From Macrostomum lignano (lineage: Eukaryota): a DNA stretch of 64,000 nucleotides. Positions 63,619 through 64,000 of the stretch are shown here, in pieces. The stretch covers positions 569,909 through 633,908 of the forward strand of contig NIVC01000282.1 of NCBI GenBank assembly GCA_002269645.1, written 5' to 3'. Made by a program: the position numbers and the translations under genes. The stretch's first letter is position 1, and each line of letters begins with the position of its first letter. Below the pieces are notes generated by a model. That model searched no databases. It was not told the origin of the DNA and was given only the letters and a program-made list of their open reading frames with translations.

Positions 63619-64000
63619 AAGACAGACGGGTATATCAAACTTTCAAATCGGGTAGCTCGCATGTTGGACCGGTTTTCAGCATTTTTATACCGGCTTGCCA
63701 GCTGATCTCAGTGTCCAATTGCAACGCGACCCGTCATGCCACATCAACACAGAGCAGGTGCGCCGTTCGATAGGAGAACTTTGGGACATTTAGTTTTCCC
63801 AATTGCAGTCTGTTCAAACACGCTGGTTCTCTATTTGATTTCAGTTGCTTCGATTCTGTCACAATCCAGCGCATTGTTCAACCATAAAGGTAAACACACG
63901 CCGATTGTGTTTAAACAGTTCACTTCGTATTACTTGACATTGAGCGAGAGTTATTTATGCAAGCCACCCATAGTCCATAGGATTTCAAAGCTGCCAGATT

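Overview
Eukaryotic, intron-containing genomic DNA with GC-rich exons and AT-rich or satellite-filled introns. The style suggests a lophotrochozoan or flatworm such as Macrostomum, but that is inference only. Genes: a 5'-incomplete PITPNM/rdgB-alpha gene (85-21054, +) with a different minisatellite in most introns; a carotenoid-cleavage oxygenase with a possible signal peptide; an intronless SLC22-like MFS transporter; a frameshift-interrupted secretory ORF; FoxJ2/3; a universal stress protein; the 3' part of an L-type Cav1 channel alpha1 gene (57186 to 41204, -) with two mutually exclusive IVS6 exons; an intronless miniature Crumbs; PYROXD2; and a small secreted or ER twin-CX3C protein. Mobile DNA: several tRNA-SINE copies, a CORE-type SINE, an internally deleted Tc1/IS630-like element and several MITEs, two carrying internal minisatellites. 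Five single-base deletions in G/C runs break otherwise coherent ORFs and look like long-read consensus errors. Exon boundaries were read by eye from GT-AG sites and phase continuity; repeat boundaries are approximate.
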